A stretch of DNA of 62,412 nucleotides, filler included, from Collodictyon triciliatum (GCA_043381765.1; 24 parts of 24 records of this genome joined end to end with filler, not necessarily neighbours in it), one strand, 5' to 3'; shown: positions 34,406-47,376, numbered from the whole stretch's first letter. The notes: generated by a model not told the origin, from the sequence alone. Made by a program: numbers and translations.

Positions 34406-36784
34406 TTAAGCTGTGGCTTTCTGTCTCCACTCAGCTGCTTTCTCGGTGTCCATCTCAACACCCCATCCATTCTCATAGCATTCAGCAACAATAGAGGAAA
34501 ATATTGGATGAGATTTTTCATTCAATGAAGACAAAACACGAACAACAAAAGAATCACCGCCTCTGGCTTTGTCAAGTAGGTGCTTCTTTGATTTCTCTGA
34601 ATTGCAGCATAAGCCATGAAGAATAATTAATTCCTCTTCCGTCAATGATTGAGAAATAAAATCATCAAAGTTCTTCTGAATTATTGGAAGACAATCCATA
34701 TCTCCGAGTTCACATGCTTTAATGTAATATCGAAATGCTTGAAGGCAGTCTTTTTCCACTCCTTCTCCCTGTAAATATCGGTTTCCGAGCCCTCCTACAG
34801 CATTAGGGTGGTTTTGTTCTGCGGCCTTTTTATACCAGTTTATGCACGCTTGATAATCTTTGATTGTATTGATGCCATTTCTTGCGCAGAATCCCATGAC
34901 GAATTGAGCGTTTGCGTATCCCATTTCACCATATTTCTTGATTTTTTCATATGCATGTATGTTGCTTTCCTTTGCAGCACTACCATACATTTCAATAGCT
35001 TTCTCGGTGTCCTTCTCAACACCCCATCCATTCTCATAGCATTCAGCAAGAATAGAAACAGCTCGTGAATATTTGTGTTTTTCACCAATTTTTCTTCCAT
35101 ATGTCTCGTACTCCAGAATATCTTCCTTCATTTCAGCAAATTCTTTCAAAACATTGAATGCCTCCTTTGAGCCTTGTTGTGCAAGTTGCTTCAATCCATC
35201 AAAGTTTTTATATGCTTTTAGAGCGATAATTCTCCATTCAATTACTTTCTCGGTGTCTTTATCAACACCCCATCCGTTTTCATAGCACTCAGCCATCATT
35301 TGAGCCTGGAACTTGGTGAACTTACCCTGCACACAATAGGCAGCAAAGTCCGCATCAAAGGAAGCAGCACCGATAGAAAGTAGAAGGAATTTGTTGAATT
35401 TACTCAATCCCATGACGTTTCTGATTTGGATGCTTCCACCTTGCAGCTTTCTTGGGCCGATAATCTGGACTGTCTTTGCATCTTGGATTCTGTTGGCGTC
35501 AATCGTGTTCATCGCATCACTTGTTCTGTTGAATACTGCGATGACTTCATCTGGCTTTTCTTTCTTGACGAGGTATTTTCCTTGGGTGTAGGTCACTTCT
35601 GACTTTTGCACACTGTGTGTTTGGTTTCCTGTGGCTACATCCCAAATACGTATTGTATTATCACTACTTCCTGAAGCCAGCCAATTTTCACCATTCGGCC
35701 CTTGAATACTGCAAACGCTGTTGATATAATTTGTATGGCCTTTTAATGTTTTGATTTGGTTTCCTGTGGATACATCCCAAATACGTATTATATAATCACA
35801 ACTTCCAGAAGCCAACCAACTTTCACCATTTGGTCCTTGGATAGAGCAAACACTCATGACAATATGTGTATGACCTTTTAATGTTTTGATTTGGTTTCCT
35901 GTGGCTACATCCCAAATACGTATTGTATTATCATTACTTCCAGAAGCCAACCACTTTTCACCATTCGGTCCTTGAATACTGCAAACACTTTGGACCCAAT
36001 CTGTATGTCCACGTAATGTTCTGATTTGATTTCCTGTAACTTTATCCCAAATACGTATTGTTTTATCATAACTTCCTGATGCCAGCCAATTTTCACCATT
36101 CGGTCCTTGAATGCTGCAGACACTAGTGACAGCCCATGTATGACCTTCTAGTTTTTTGATTTGGCTTCCTGTGGCTACATCCCAAATACGTATTGTTGTA
36201 TCCCAACTTCCAGAGGCCAACCAATTTTCACCATTCGGTCCTTGAATACTACAAACAATGTTGATAGAATCTGTATGTCCTTCTAATGTTTTCATTTGAT
36301 TTCCTGTGGCTACATCCCAAATACGTATTGTATTATCTCGACTTCCAGAAGCCAGCCAGTGTTCACCATTCGGTCCTTGAATATTGCAAACACTCCAGAC
36401 AAAGCCTGTATGACCTTCTAATATTTTGATTTGGTTTCCTGTGGTTGCATCCCAAATACGTATTGTCTTATCATCACTTCCAGAAGCCAGCCAATTTTCA
36501 CCATTCGGTCCTTGAATACTACAAACACTTCTAACTTCATGTGTATGCCCTTCTAATTTATCATTCAGAATTCCGAATTTTACATTATTCATATTCGCAT
36601 TATCAAAAACACAATCACCAAGCATCGAATTCGTGAAATCAACATCATCCAAGTTGGCACCAGTGAAGTTTGCACCATCAAGGATTGAGTTACTGAGATT
36701 TGCATGTGGAATTTTGATGTTTGATAAATCCATTCCACCGAACGAAACATTCATGAAATTCAAAAGTGTGATTGCATCAGATGC
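34406..36784 (-). CDS. Pentapeptide-repeat + 7 WD40 + Sel1-repeat protein; probable C-terminal half of a NACHT-WD (NWD/NLR-like) protein, 5' end off contig
   Basis: ASDAITLLN..F.GMDLSNIKIPHANLS..LDGANFTGANL pentapeptides, seven 45-aa WD repeats, and Sel1 motifs AECYENGWGVEKD and WYKKAAEQNHPNA. Confidence 0.9.
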   Translation of the reverse strand, partial: ASDAITLLNFMNVSFGGMDLSNIKIPHANLSNSILDGANFTGANLDDVDFTNSMLGDCVFDNANMNNVKFGILNDKLEGHTHEVRSVCSIQGPNGENWLASGSDDKTIRIWDATTGNQIKILEGHTGFVWSVCNIQGPNGEHWLASGSRDNTIRIWDVATGNQMKTLEGHTDSINIVCSIQGPNGENWLASGSWDTTIRIWDVATGSQIKKLEGHTWAVTSVCSIQGPNGENWLASGSYDKTIRIWDKVTGNQIRTLRGHTDWVQSVCSIQGPNGEKWLASGSNDNTIRIWDVATGNQIKTLKGHTHIVMSVCSIQGPNGESWLASGSCDYIIRIWDVSTGNQIKTLKGHTNYINSVCSIQGPNGENWLASGSSDNTIRIWDVATGNQTHSVQKSEVTYTQGKYLVKKEKPDEVIAVFNRTSDAMNTIDANRIQDAKTVQIIGPRKLQGGSIQIRNVMGLSKFNKFLLLSIGAASFDADFAAYCVQGKFTKFQAQMMAECYENGWGVDKDTEKVIEWRIIALKAYKNFDGLKQLAQQGSKEAFNVLKEFAEMKEDILEYETYGRKIGEKHKYSRAVSILAECYENGWGVEKDTEKAIEMYGSAAKESNIHAYEKIKKYGEMGYANAQFVMGFCARNGINTIKDYQACINWYKKAAEQNHPNAVGGLGNRYLQGEGVEKDCLQAFRYYIKACELGDMDCLPIIQKNFDDFISQSLTEEELIILHGLCCNSEKSKKHLLDKARGGDSFVVRVLSSLNEKSHPIFSSIVAECYENGWGVEMDTEKAAEWRQKATA

Positions 36785-36888
36785 NNNNNNNNNNNNNNNN
36801 NNNNNNNNNNNNNNNNNNNNNNNNNNNNTTAATTAATTAANNNNNNNNNNNNNNNNNNNNNNNNNNNNNNNNNNNNNNNNNNNNCTTA

Positions 36889-39414
36889 CAGGATTAGTTT
36901 CCCCGAGCCACTCGCGATAAGTTTTTTCTTTCATCGTTTGTTCACTGACACCAAATATAGGTAAAGTATCTCGATTCGCATGATACAATCTCCCGTCGCT
37001 CTTCAGATTCAGAACCATACTGGTGATACTTCCAAGAACTTGCTGCAGGTGAACACGGGCTTTGATTGTTTCGCCAAATGAAATGGAATTTTCAATGGCA
37101 ATTCCAGCCTGATAAAAAGAACAGGTTCTCAGCACATGATTTTAAAAGTGGATTCCTTTCTGAGGGATGGCGATATTATGCATAATCACCTGTGCACTGA
37201 ATGCTTGCAGGAGCTCCTCATCCACAGCATCAAACATGGCACCAGATAGCTACGAAGGTGTTATTCTTTAAAACGACACACATAAAAATTAAAATGAAAC
37301 TAAATGCAAATGAAGTTCAGAAGGAGGAACAGTATTCTAACCTTATTTATCATTTGTGTCACACCAACAATTTTTTGCTGCATGGGATTGATAATTGGCA
37401 TGCACAAGATGCTTTTTGTTCTGTAACCTGGTAGTTTTGAATTAAAAAATTAAAAAGAAATATAGCTGTGATAGCCCCACATACAGGAAGAAGAAAAACG
37501 CCGAGTGTAAGGTAATATGATGGCGACCTGTTCTTTTGTCTATGTCTCTATTGAAACGTGGGTCATCATAGGCATCGGGAATGTTCAGTGTGACTCCAGA
37601 GGTGGCAACATATCCTGCTATTCCTAGGTTCATAGGAAAGCGAATTTCTGCAGCACCTTCGGCCACTTGCGACCATAACTCTTTCCTTTCCTTTTGTATA
37701 CATTCATTCGGGGTATCGTTATAATCAGTAATGCTTGTCATCATTGAAAGTCATACGCGTATGTAAAGCCAACAAACAACTTTCTGAATAATAGTATTCC
37801 TGCCTGGTCTAAAAGAAACAAAGTACACCGGTCCGCATTTAGTAATTCTTTTGCTTTTTGCATGATGACTTTGCACAAAGCCTAGCATATCAGAATGGTT
37901 TAAACCAAGGAGTAAAATACTAGAAACCAACGCAATTTCAAAAGACAGATAAAATTGAATAGAAACTTAATTTAGCAGTATTTGAAGAAAAAGGAAAACC
38001 TTTAAGTTCAGCTCTGACGACATCTGACGAGACAAGTCTAGCATTACAGAAATTCGATGCTGTGTTGTCACGGATGCTTTGTATAATTTTGCATTTCTTA
38101 TGTGAACACCTAGTTAAATTTTTAGATGAGTGAGAATATATGCGTCTTTTGTGGTGACAAAGAAAGGGTGATGGAGGAAGCTACGCAGTACCGGTTTGTG
38201 AGGCGATTGTTTGAAGAAACGCTTCGTCTTGCGGAATAAAAGGCTAGATAGACCAAATAAAAATAATGATCAGTGGATGGAAACAATTTACCCTTTCGAG
38301 GAGTGAATACTGTTACATGAAATCAAATATTGATTCTGGAGGAAACCAACCGCTGCACCCCCTTGCATATCCTCATCATTCTTATTAACTGCCTTCAAAA
38401 CACCGACAATCTGGTCATTTACGCATGCATATAAGGTATTTCAATATTCTCGTGCAATAAGGGTCATTTGCGTGTTATCATTCTTTGTAAGTTGCTTTTT
38501 ATTTTTATCTTATCTTTTTGTTTTAACATACATATGTATTGAAAAAAGTGATAGACACCTTTGATGTGATTGGGTCTTTCACTGGTACACAAAGGATACT
38601 CGAAGCACCAGAATCAGAGCCATCAATATCAGGGACGTATCGTTCGTCCTGCAAAATATATCAAACCCCTTACCAAACGGAAGCGATGCTTTTTCGTTTT
38701 GGAATGAAATTATAAAGAATTTACGGATGATGTCTCTTGAATATTGCATGTTTTCCCAGTGAGAGCTGTTATACCAGCAATACCCTGTTCATCAAAGGAT
38801 AATTATTCTCATAGAATCAAAAACATCAGGAATATGAAGATGGCATCGCTTTAAGGTTAATGAGGTGTGTATTTTTTAGACTACTATATGTTTGTCATAT
38901 TTTTATTTCTTAATGTAATTATTAATTTTGATTAATATCTATTCAAAGTTACTTGGCCAACAGGTATTCGAATCTCATCAGCCAATTCAGGGCTAATGGT
39001 GACCAACTCTTTTCCATTTTCATCGAGTTCATAAAAGTATGCACTTCAAGATAAATAGAAAACATATTAATAAACACCATGCTTCAATAGAAGGTGAGAG
39101 TAACAAATTTAAAATGATTAATTGATAAATAAAACACCCTCTTACTTTTTGGCATTCAGATAGGTGCATATATTTGATACAATTCTCTTTCTAGCAGAAT
39201 CGGTATTGAGCTCTGATGAAACCGCCATTGATTTGTTTGTCACTTGTAAGAGTCGGTTGAGTTTCTATGTTAAGTGTGGGAATGAGTATGCGAGGGCGCT
39301 CTTTAGAAATAAATCGACATATGTTCGACTAGAGAAAGCTGAGTAAGTGCTGGCAAGTACCTTAAAATGAGCGGCAAAGTCTGCAATAATAGTCCGTCTA
39401 ATTTCAGCAGATAA
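36889..39414 (-). CDS. Tandem GAF domains followed by a PAS-like segment (PDE or CyaB-like cyclase type), internal exons
   Basis: ADRCTLFLLDQ|ERKELWSQ..EIRFPMNLGIAGYVA..LNIPDAYDDPRFNRDIDKRT, SILCMP, DEELLQAFSAQ|AGIAIENS. An earlier GAF has GITALTG and SILCVP. Confidence 0.88.
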
Positions 39415-40162
39415 NNNNNNNNNNNNNNNNNNNNNNNNNNNNNNNNNNNNNNNNNNNNTTAATTAATTAANNNNNNNNNNNNNNNNNNNNNNNNNNNNNN
39501 NNNNNNNNNNNNNNAAAGAGAGAGAAAATAAAAGAGAGAGAAAATAAAAGAGAGAGAAAATAAAAGAGAGAGAAAATAAAAGAGAGAGAAAATAAAAGAG
39601 AGAGAAAATAAAAGAGAGAGAAAATAAAAGAGAGAGAAAATAAAAGAGAAAATAAAAGAGAGAGAAAATAAAAGAGAGAGAAAATAAAAGAGAGAGAAAA
39701 TAAAAGAGAGAGAAAAAATAAAAGAGAGAGAGAAAATAAAAGAGAGAGAGAGAAAATAAAAGAGAGAGAGAGAAAATAAAAGAGAGAGAGAGAAAATAAA
39801 AGAGAGAGAGAAAATAAAAGAGAGAGAGAAAATAAAAGAGAGAGAGAAAATAAAGAGGAAGGAAAGGATGCGATGGTAATCCAAAGGGATCCATGAGAAT
39901 TTGCACCAAACTGTTCCTATTCGGTCTTTGGCCATTCAAACCCATTTCCGGTCTGCGGCGGTCGCACCGCCCACGCGACACGCAGAAACCACACAACTGT
40001 GAAATGCAACAATTACTTCGACAATTCATGCCACGCTTCCAACAAAATGCAACTGCACACATCTCCATTGTGCGAAGAAATAAACAATAATACTAATAAA
40101 TAATAGTAATAATAATAATAGGTCAAGAAAGGCCGACTAGCACACATCATTTATCACTCAGT

Positions 40163-41730
40163 TCATCGCGGGTTGGCATCCCCAGGCCGGGCGTAAGGAC
40201 TCGACCGATGGTGTTCTCGATCTCGGTGCAGCCTGTGGGAGTCAGAACCACTGCTGCTTTGATGATGGGTATGATGCTGTGGGGAGGGCAAAGGGGCTGC
40301 CACCAACTGCTTCGAGACAGATATGAGCTGTAAAGAAATCAGAGCAATCGAATTAGTCTTCTAAAGCGACCCACTCAGTATGAGGTATCCATTATCATAA
40401 CTACATCCATGTCTGCTGCTGCTGCTGCTGTGAATGTCATCCACGTTACCCGCTTAAACACGATTCTTTATGACGCAGAGACAAAACCGAAACCCCCTTT
40501 ATATTTTGATTAAATATAGTCCCGTACCATTTCTTTAGACACCGGGTTGTTAATCATTTCGATTGTTTTTTGAAGCACTGATCGATCATTTGGCTTATCC
40601 TTGTCATTGCGGAAGCGAACAAACTTCCAGCTTCCTTGTTGGTTCCTGCAGACGCGGTCTGGGATCCATTGACATTCGATAATGACCACTCTTCCCGGCT
40701 GTAAGCGGGGAAGTATGGCTTCCTTGTCGTCTTCATCCAAAAGAATCCAGTCAGACGGCGATAAACCACCATGTTTTCCAATCCAAACCTGATAGCAATC
40801 CCCCTCAACCCTACACAAAATTGTACATGATGCAACCAAAACACTATCTTGTAAAATACAATCCTTATAGTAGGTCAAAAAGAAAAAAAGCATATTTCTC
40901 TGAAAACTAGTGAAACAATTATGTCTCGCATCCCATCTTTGATTTTGGAATAAAGTCTCATGGATAAATCATACAGAGAGTCTGATGTGATAGCAAAATC
41001 AATGGTATTTTGTTCATCTGGTTTCCACTTCAACCTACAGAGAAGGAAAATAATTCATGCGCGAAATATGTGAGTTCCTATTGCGGAGTTGTCCAAAACT
41101 TGAGTATTGAATAGGTGGTTATTTACTCGAGTGAATGCAATGAGTAATGTATGCGGGAATAACAAACAGTTTTTGACATGTTCCAACTTCATAAGGGTAG
41201 TTCACAGGTGTGAAAATTAAGCCATCATTCCCGTGACGAAGAATGCCTTTATCAATCACTTCGTTGAGAAGGTGATCAACATATTTGACTTTCTTGAAAT
41301 CCTTCATGGATACTCTGCAGTAGGATTCAAATTCATTAGAATCACTGAGGGAAAAAGAGAAAAGAAAAAAGGGGGACAATCATGTCCCCTTATCAAAGAA
41401 TTAAAATCCTTGCAAGTAATGACTTTTATTCTTGTCTCGAGAGATTAATAATTCCGTATGCTTTATATTTATATTAAAAATGACTCGAAATCATCCCCTG
41501 GACGAAGACATCTCTTTGCCGGCTTGTTAATATCATTATCCAAATGTCCTAGTCTTCTGTTCAGATTCAACTGCATGATACTTTCTCCCTAAAGGAATAC
41601 TTTAATTTAATAGATAGGTATTTGAAAATGAAGCAAGATGTTAAATTTCATACTATGAAGTAAGCATTGTATCATTGAACATCTCACTCTAAGGCTGAGA
41701 ATGTCAAAAAGTAGCAGGCGAGTGACAATC
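40163..41730 (-). CDS. RNGTT: mRNA capping enzyme guanylyltransferase domain, 3' exons
   Basis: LLLFDIL (motif IIIa), DGLIFTP (IV), LKWKP..NTIDF (V) and WKFVRFRNDKDKPN (VI). Confidence 0.93.
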
Positions 41731-42539
41731 TAGAAAACAACCATGCAAATTGAAGCGATACTTTCCATAAATGTCTTTTGGCATAAAAGCAGGTAAAAGA
41801 TGTTTGATTTTGGTGCTGTGGGATTTCATATCTGGAAAATCATATTCATTTTCCTTCCTTTTTTTTTTTGAACAATAACAACAATAACAACAACAATAAC
41901 AACAACAATAACAACAACAATAACAACAACAATAACAACAACAATAACAACAACAACAACAACAACAACAATAACAACAACAATAACAACAACAATAACA
42001 ACAACAATAACAACAACAATAACAACAACAATAACAACAACAATAACANNNNNNNNNNNNNNNNNNNNNNNNNNNNNNNNNNNNNNNNNNNNTTAATTAA
42101 TTAANNNNNNNNNNNNNNNNNNNNNNNNNNNNNNNNNNNNNNNNNNNNTTTTTATTGTTTTTATTGTTTTTATTGTTTTTATTGTTTTTATTGTTTTTAT
42201 TGTTTTTATTGTTTTTATTGTTTTCATTGTTTTTGTTTTTGTTTTTTGTTTTTTGTCTTTGTTTTTGTTTTTGTCTTTGTTTCTTTATTTTCTTTTTCAT
42301 TTATTTCTTTATTTTCTTTGTTTATCTTTTTTTATTTTCATACCTTCTATTTCTCATTTAACGTGACCGTGAAGAGTAACAGCAGACGTGAGTAAAAAGG
42401 AGGAAAACAATATTTTTAAAGTATTCATTATGTGCTACATAAATACAAACAAATAATTTCTTTCACAAGGAATGAAATAAATAAAGCACCATTGCGAATA
42501 CACTCAGCAAATCGCAACACATTATACTTTGAATGCAGG

Positions 42540-44021
42540 GCCGTCGTTTTGCTGGGCTGGCGAAGAATGTGAACCAAAACGGAGCGATGTTGGTGACAAC
42601 GAATGGGTATTCGCACATATCTTGATGATTTATTCGTTGATATGTCAAAATATATTCAATCAAAATTGCCTCTTTTTTTTTATATTTTTTTTTTAAAAAA
42701 AGAAAACTATGTAACTCGATTATTTGTTGAGGTTGAAATCTTGCTGGTCTACTCTACTAATGATGTCTAATCAGTATTGGATAGCGAAGTTAGTGTTCTA
42801 TTGTATAATTTTTTATATATGATTAAGGAATGACTACACCCACGTTGAAGCCTCTTCAGCATTGTATTCAATCCATTTACCTTACCATTGCGATACTGCC
42901 GATGAGGAAATCATAAAAAGCATCCATCTAAAGCTATCATCTATCTTGACCACAAAGTACAACATGGTATAGAAGTTTCTTTAAAAAAGAAGAGTCACTT
43001 TATTCGATAACATCATTTTTATTATTTTTCTATTCATATGTTACTATGATGGGACAATTAGTTTACAAACAGCTGAGTATTTAACAACCTCTTTTTTTAA
43101 AAAAAAATAGGTTGAGCCTCTGTGGAGGAATTATGTTATGAAGCCTGAGTTTACAATCGATGAAGCCACTTCCTTTTTGTTTGAGGACTATGTGAGTCCT
43201 CTCAGATTATATGGGACTCACAGCCTACTTTTGGAAAAAACAGCTTTCTTCCGGAGATTATCCAACGGAAAATTTTTGTGTAGACCTCCTGCTGATATGG
43301 AAAAGGAATATGTTGCATGTTTGTTGATAATAGTTTGAAAAGGAAAAACCTCATCATCTGTGAATATGGACATTTTTCACTCCTTGTTTTCTTCTCAGAC
43401 GTATTTGTTCATTTAAATTATTTGTGTATATGTGTTTGAAATTGATCATAATTATATCTTTTACGGCAGCTAATAATGTTATCTTTGTGAGTAGTACAAA
43501 AACTTCGAAAGAAAGGCACCCAGTTTCAAACATTCATGCTAAGACTCTGTAAAAGACTTGTCGAAACCAAGCCATCTGTTTATTCTAATAACCTTGCCGT
43601 TACTGGATACCTTGAGACCCATCAAAAAGTAAGTCATTCAAGTATTCAATATGACTGCCGAATAGAATCTAAGTATTATCTGCATTATTATTGAAATATC
43701 CCCTTGCAAAGAAAAAGATTAAATCTGAAGAGCTTGTCTGGACTATGACTGAAAATGACCCATTTACTTATATCCTTTTGGTATGAAATTCTTTCTGTTT
43801 TTCTTTAAAAAAGAGAAAACTGTGTGGGTGCTATGAAATGTCTCACATAATTGCGAAAATATCAGCCACACCTAAATACTATTTATCACAGTCTTATGCC
43901 AATGGGGACTGGTCACATTCTCCCCCAAACAACCTTGTTTATGATCATATACTTTCTCCTCTGGACATGAATCCGGGGCCCCATGACTCACGTGAGCTGT
44001 GTCTTGACCTTGGCCTTATAT
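42540..44021 (+). CDS. Possible RNase II/RNB exoribonuclease (organellar Dss1/RNR1-like) N-terminal exons
   Basis: Spliced exons LWRNY..FTIDEATSFLF...LYGTHSLL..TAFF and ILSPL...RELCLDLG resemble the pre-catalytic region; no catalytic motif is on the contig. Confidence 0.4.
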
Positions 44022-44229
44022 CGTAGGAAATTGCTTTCTCCCTTTTCTTTTACATTTGACAGCGATTTTGGTGTTATTTATAAAATAGAAAACGAAGTAC
44101 ATATGGAAAATCTACTGTCGATATAATTGGAGAACCCACATTCAATTAAAGGGTTGTTACTCATGTATAATCAGTCATATCAGGGCATTCTCCTTTTTGT
44201 CTTTTTGTCGAACTTATATTCTCCTTTCC

Positions 44230-44678
44230 TCTTTTGTTAGCTATTTTATTGCTCTTGATTTATCCGGGTTGGGAATGGTTAGGCTTTGGTTCGCTAGCCA
44301 CCGTTTGCACGGACGCTACTTGGTGGCCGGGTGGCGGAGAAGTAGTTGGTAATCAGGAATTGCATCCTGCGCTTTGGCCTGTAGCCGGGTCTTGTGCTTG
44401 CATGAGAGATACAAGGCGAGGTTTAATATCTTTCTCAGATTCTTTCCACATGTCTCTTCTCACAGGGCTGAGTAGTAGAGAACGTGCAGGTGGCGAAGAA
44501 AGCTATTGAGGAAAGTGAATTTTATGGTGTCATCCAGCCTGTTATCAGGAATGGGTGGCTCGTTGTTGAGTCTTGCTTTGCGTGAGTATATGCGCGCTAT
44601 CCACATAGTCCATAGCAAATGGCCTCGCGTCACTGCCCAGAATGTTTTTGCATCTGGACGCAGCTGTTGCAGAGGCCC
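44230..44678 (-). mobile_element. LINE ORF2 C-terminus and 3' UTR
   Basis: Reads FWAVTRGHLLWTMWIAR (cf. LW.IW..RN of L1/Tx1 ORF2 ends); distal part shared with 31700-31822. Confidence 0.8.
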
Positions 44679-44839
44679 NNNNNNNNNNNNNNNNNNNNNN
44701 NNNNNNNNNNNNNNNNNNNNNNTTAATTAATTAANNNNNNNNNNNNNNNNNNNNNNNNNNNNNNNNNNNNNNNNNNNNGTAGGGCTAGTTTGTGCGGGGG
44801 TGGGGGGGGTGGGGGGGGGGGGAGGGGGGGGGGAGGGAA

Positions 44840-44873
<34 letters not shown>

Positions 44874-44958
44874 GAAAGAACAACACCATCAAATTAGGGT
44901 TATAGAAAATAATATATTAAACTGGCCAATATCCTGCTGTTTATGAAACCGCGCGTAC

Positions 44959-45828
44959 CTGGTCTTTTTGCATCATGACAGATTTCTTCAACTTCTTCAT
45001 AGCAAAAATCTCTTTGGTATCTTTTTTCCTGACCACTTTAACCTGTAGGATTGAATCCAACTCAATAAAATAGTTATATAAATTAGAGGAGAAAAAGACA
45101 CTACCGAGTAGCTTTTTATTTAAAAAATTATCAAAATACAAGAGTAGAAACCTCTCCATATGCTCCTCGACCAATTAAACGTACTGACTCAAAATCATCT
45201 TTGCTAAGGCGGATTCTTCTGGACCGCGTGTAAGCCCGTTCCTTACGATAGTGCTCTTCGCGCATCGCCTGTGCTTGTTGTTTTGTGAGTCCACTTTTAG
45301 TTATTTTGGCCTCAAGCGCAGATACTCTGTAATGTGAGTTGTCTCGGTCAGTTTTTTCTCTTCAAAAACATTTGCTAACAATGAACATTTTACATCGACA
45401 AAGATAATTGAGAAATAAAAACATTATGTTTCTAAATATATGATTTTTTAAAAAAGGAACCATGATATGTATGCATATTTTCATAAAATAATAATAATAA
45501 TAATAATAATCATAATAATAATCATAATAATAATCATAATAATAATCATAATAATAATCATAATAATAATAGCAAAATGTAAATATACGAACATGAGGAA
45601 GCTTAACAAGAGAAAGGTGGTGCCAACAGGTGAAGAGGGAAAAATATATAAAATAGGACGAGCAAAACATAAACAAATCATGATAAATGGCAACCTTTCT
45701 CTGCGCTCCCGTTCTCGCCAGTCGAGGTTTTGGTAAAAGATTTCGATGTGCTGCTTCATAGTTTCAAACTTGATCTTGACCGCTTCAGAGGGCGGATCGC
45801 TGTCGTCTGTAAACGAGCTCTCAGACAT
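44959..45828 (-). CDS. STK38: NDR/LATS-family AGC kinase, 5' exons
   Basis: KQHIEIFYQNL..RERRER, KERAYTRSRRIRLSKDDFESVRLIGRGAYGE|VKVVRKKDTKEIFAMKKLKKS..QKDQ. Confidence 0.92.
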
Positions 45829-46469
45829 CTCACACGTGTACTTGTCTTACTTCAATGTTGGGATCTGTGTTTCAACATAAAAAGAAAAAAAAATTACAAA
45901 TGAGGGAAAAACTTTGGAAGGTTAAAAAAAGAACACGCAACTTAAAAACGAGTAAAAAAAAAAAAAAAAAAGTTACAGCTCACACAGGATGAACAGGAAA
46001 GATCGAGACTAAGTCCGAATCAGATGTGTCATACCAAGAAAGTTCTTTGAAAACTGCTGCTTACTCCAGGCCAAACCCTTTCCAAAAAAAAAGAATATGA
46101 GGGAGAGTTGTTCAGGCAAACAAGTATTTTCTCAGCCCAGCGAATCCTTCAATTAACCCCACAACTAGTCCTTTTCCTTTTGGTGAGCTTCCGGCGCTAA
46201 AGAGCGGGCTTCTTGCCCATATATCCCATACTTCATCGCCCAAGCGCCACCCTTTGGTTTTGTTGTCTGGATCATGGTGCCAATTATGGGGTTGGAATCG
46301 CTTGATTAAACCTCACTGTAATTAAACTGGAATATATAGTTTGGTAGATGTATTTCATAAGTAAACGGGGCTGTGAATAAGTTGATAATACATATCGTCT
46401 ATTGTGCTCGTATATAATTACAAAAGTCTGAGGTTTACAATGGGGCTAGAAAGGTGCGCATAGCAGACA

Positions 46470-46642
46470 GCAAACGCGAGTAGGAGAAGACACTACCGCG
46501 GAGAGGGTAGCACTGGAGAGAAGTCAGTGATAGCGAGTTGGTCAGGTGGGCGTCCCAACTGGTTGATTGGCTGCGTGGGTAGCAGGGGTTGGATATGCTG
46601 TGGGAGATATCGCACGACACATTCACACATCTCTCTTTGCTA
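46470..46642 (-). mobile_element. Second copy of the retroelement 3'-end repeat seen at 19581-19831
   Basis: Near-identical reverse-complement match with the same reading frame and TAG stop. Confidence 0.7.
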
Positions 46643-47376
46643 NNNNNNNNNNNNNNNNNNNNNNNNNNNNNNNNNNNNNNNNNNNNTTAATTAATTAANN
46701 NNNNNNNNNNNNNNNNNNNNNNNNNNNNNNNNNNNNNNNNNNTTTTTTTTTTTTTTTTTTTATTTTTTAAAAAAAAAAAAAATTTTTTTTTTTCTTTTCT
46801 TAATTTTTTTTTTATTTTAACTCATTATTTCATCATTCCTCATAAAAAAAAAAAAAAAAAGAAGTATGAATGAGATCGGTGCTTTTCATGCAAAGAATTT
46901 CGAGATCGCCTACCCCAGAGGCGGTATATAGTGCGAATACATTCAGTAGTCGAAAGCCTAAGAGTTTTCTCAGGTAGGACTTTCTAATTGAGCGAGCATA
47001 TGCCATCTTTAATTCACCAAGCTTTAAATACGCAGACATCAATATATAATTGATACTCATGTGAGATATCGTACTGAATGGTGCACATAAAAAGAAGTGC
47101 CTATTACTTGTGACTTGCTTCGGTCTTCTGACGTTCAAATTTTGTCAAAAAAAAGGCCGTATAATTCCACACCAACCCAAGGACTGATGTAACTGTTGCT
47201 ATTATGAATGAGTCCCTAGAAAAGAATAATCAGGCAAGTGTGCAAGTAATTAGAATAGGTTGAGTAAAGTGTCTCAATGAGCGAATAAAAATTAAATAAG
47301 CAACCATGTTGACACATAAATAATTAAATAAATGATTGAATGTCAAAATATCAATTAAAGAAAATTTCATCTACAG

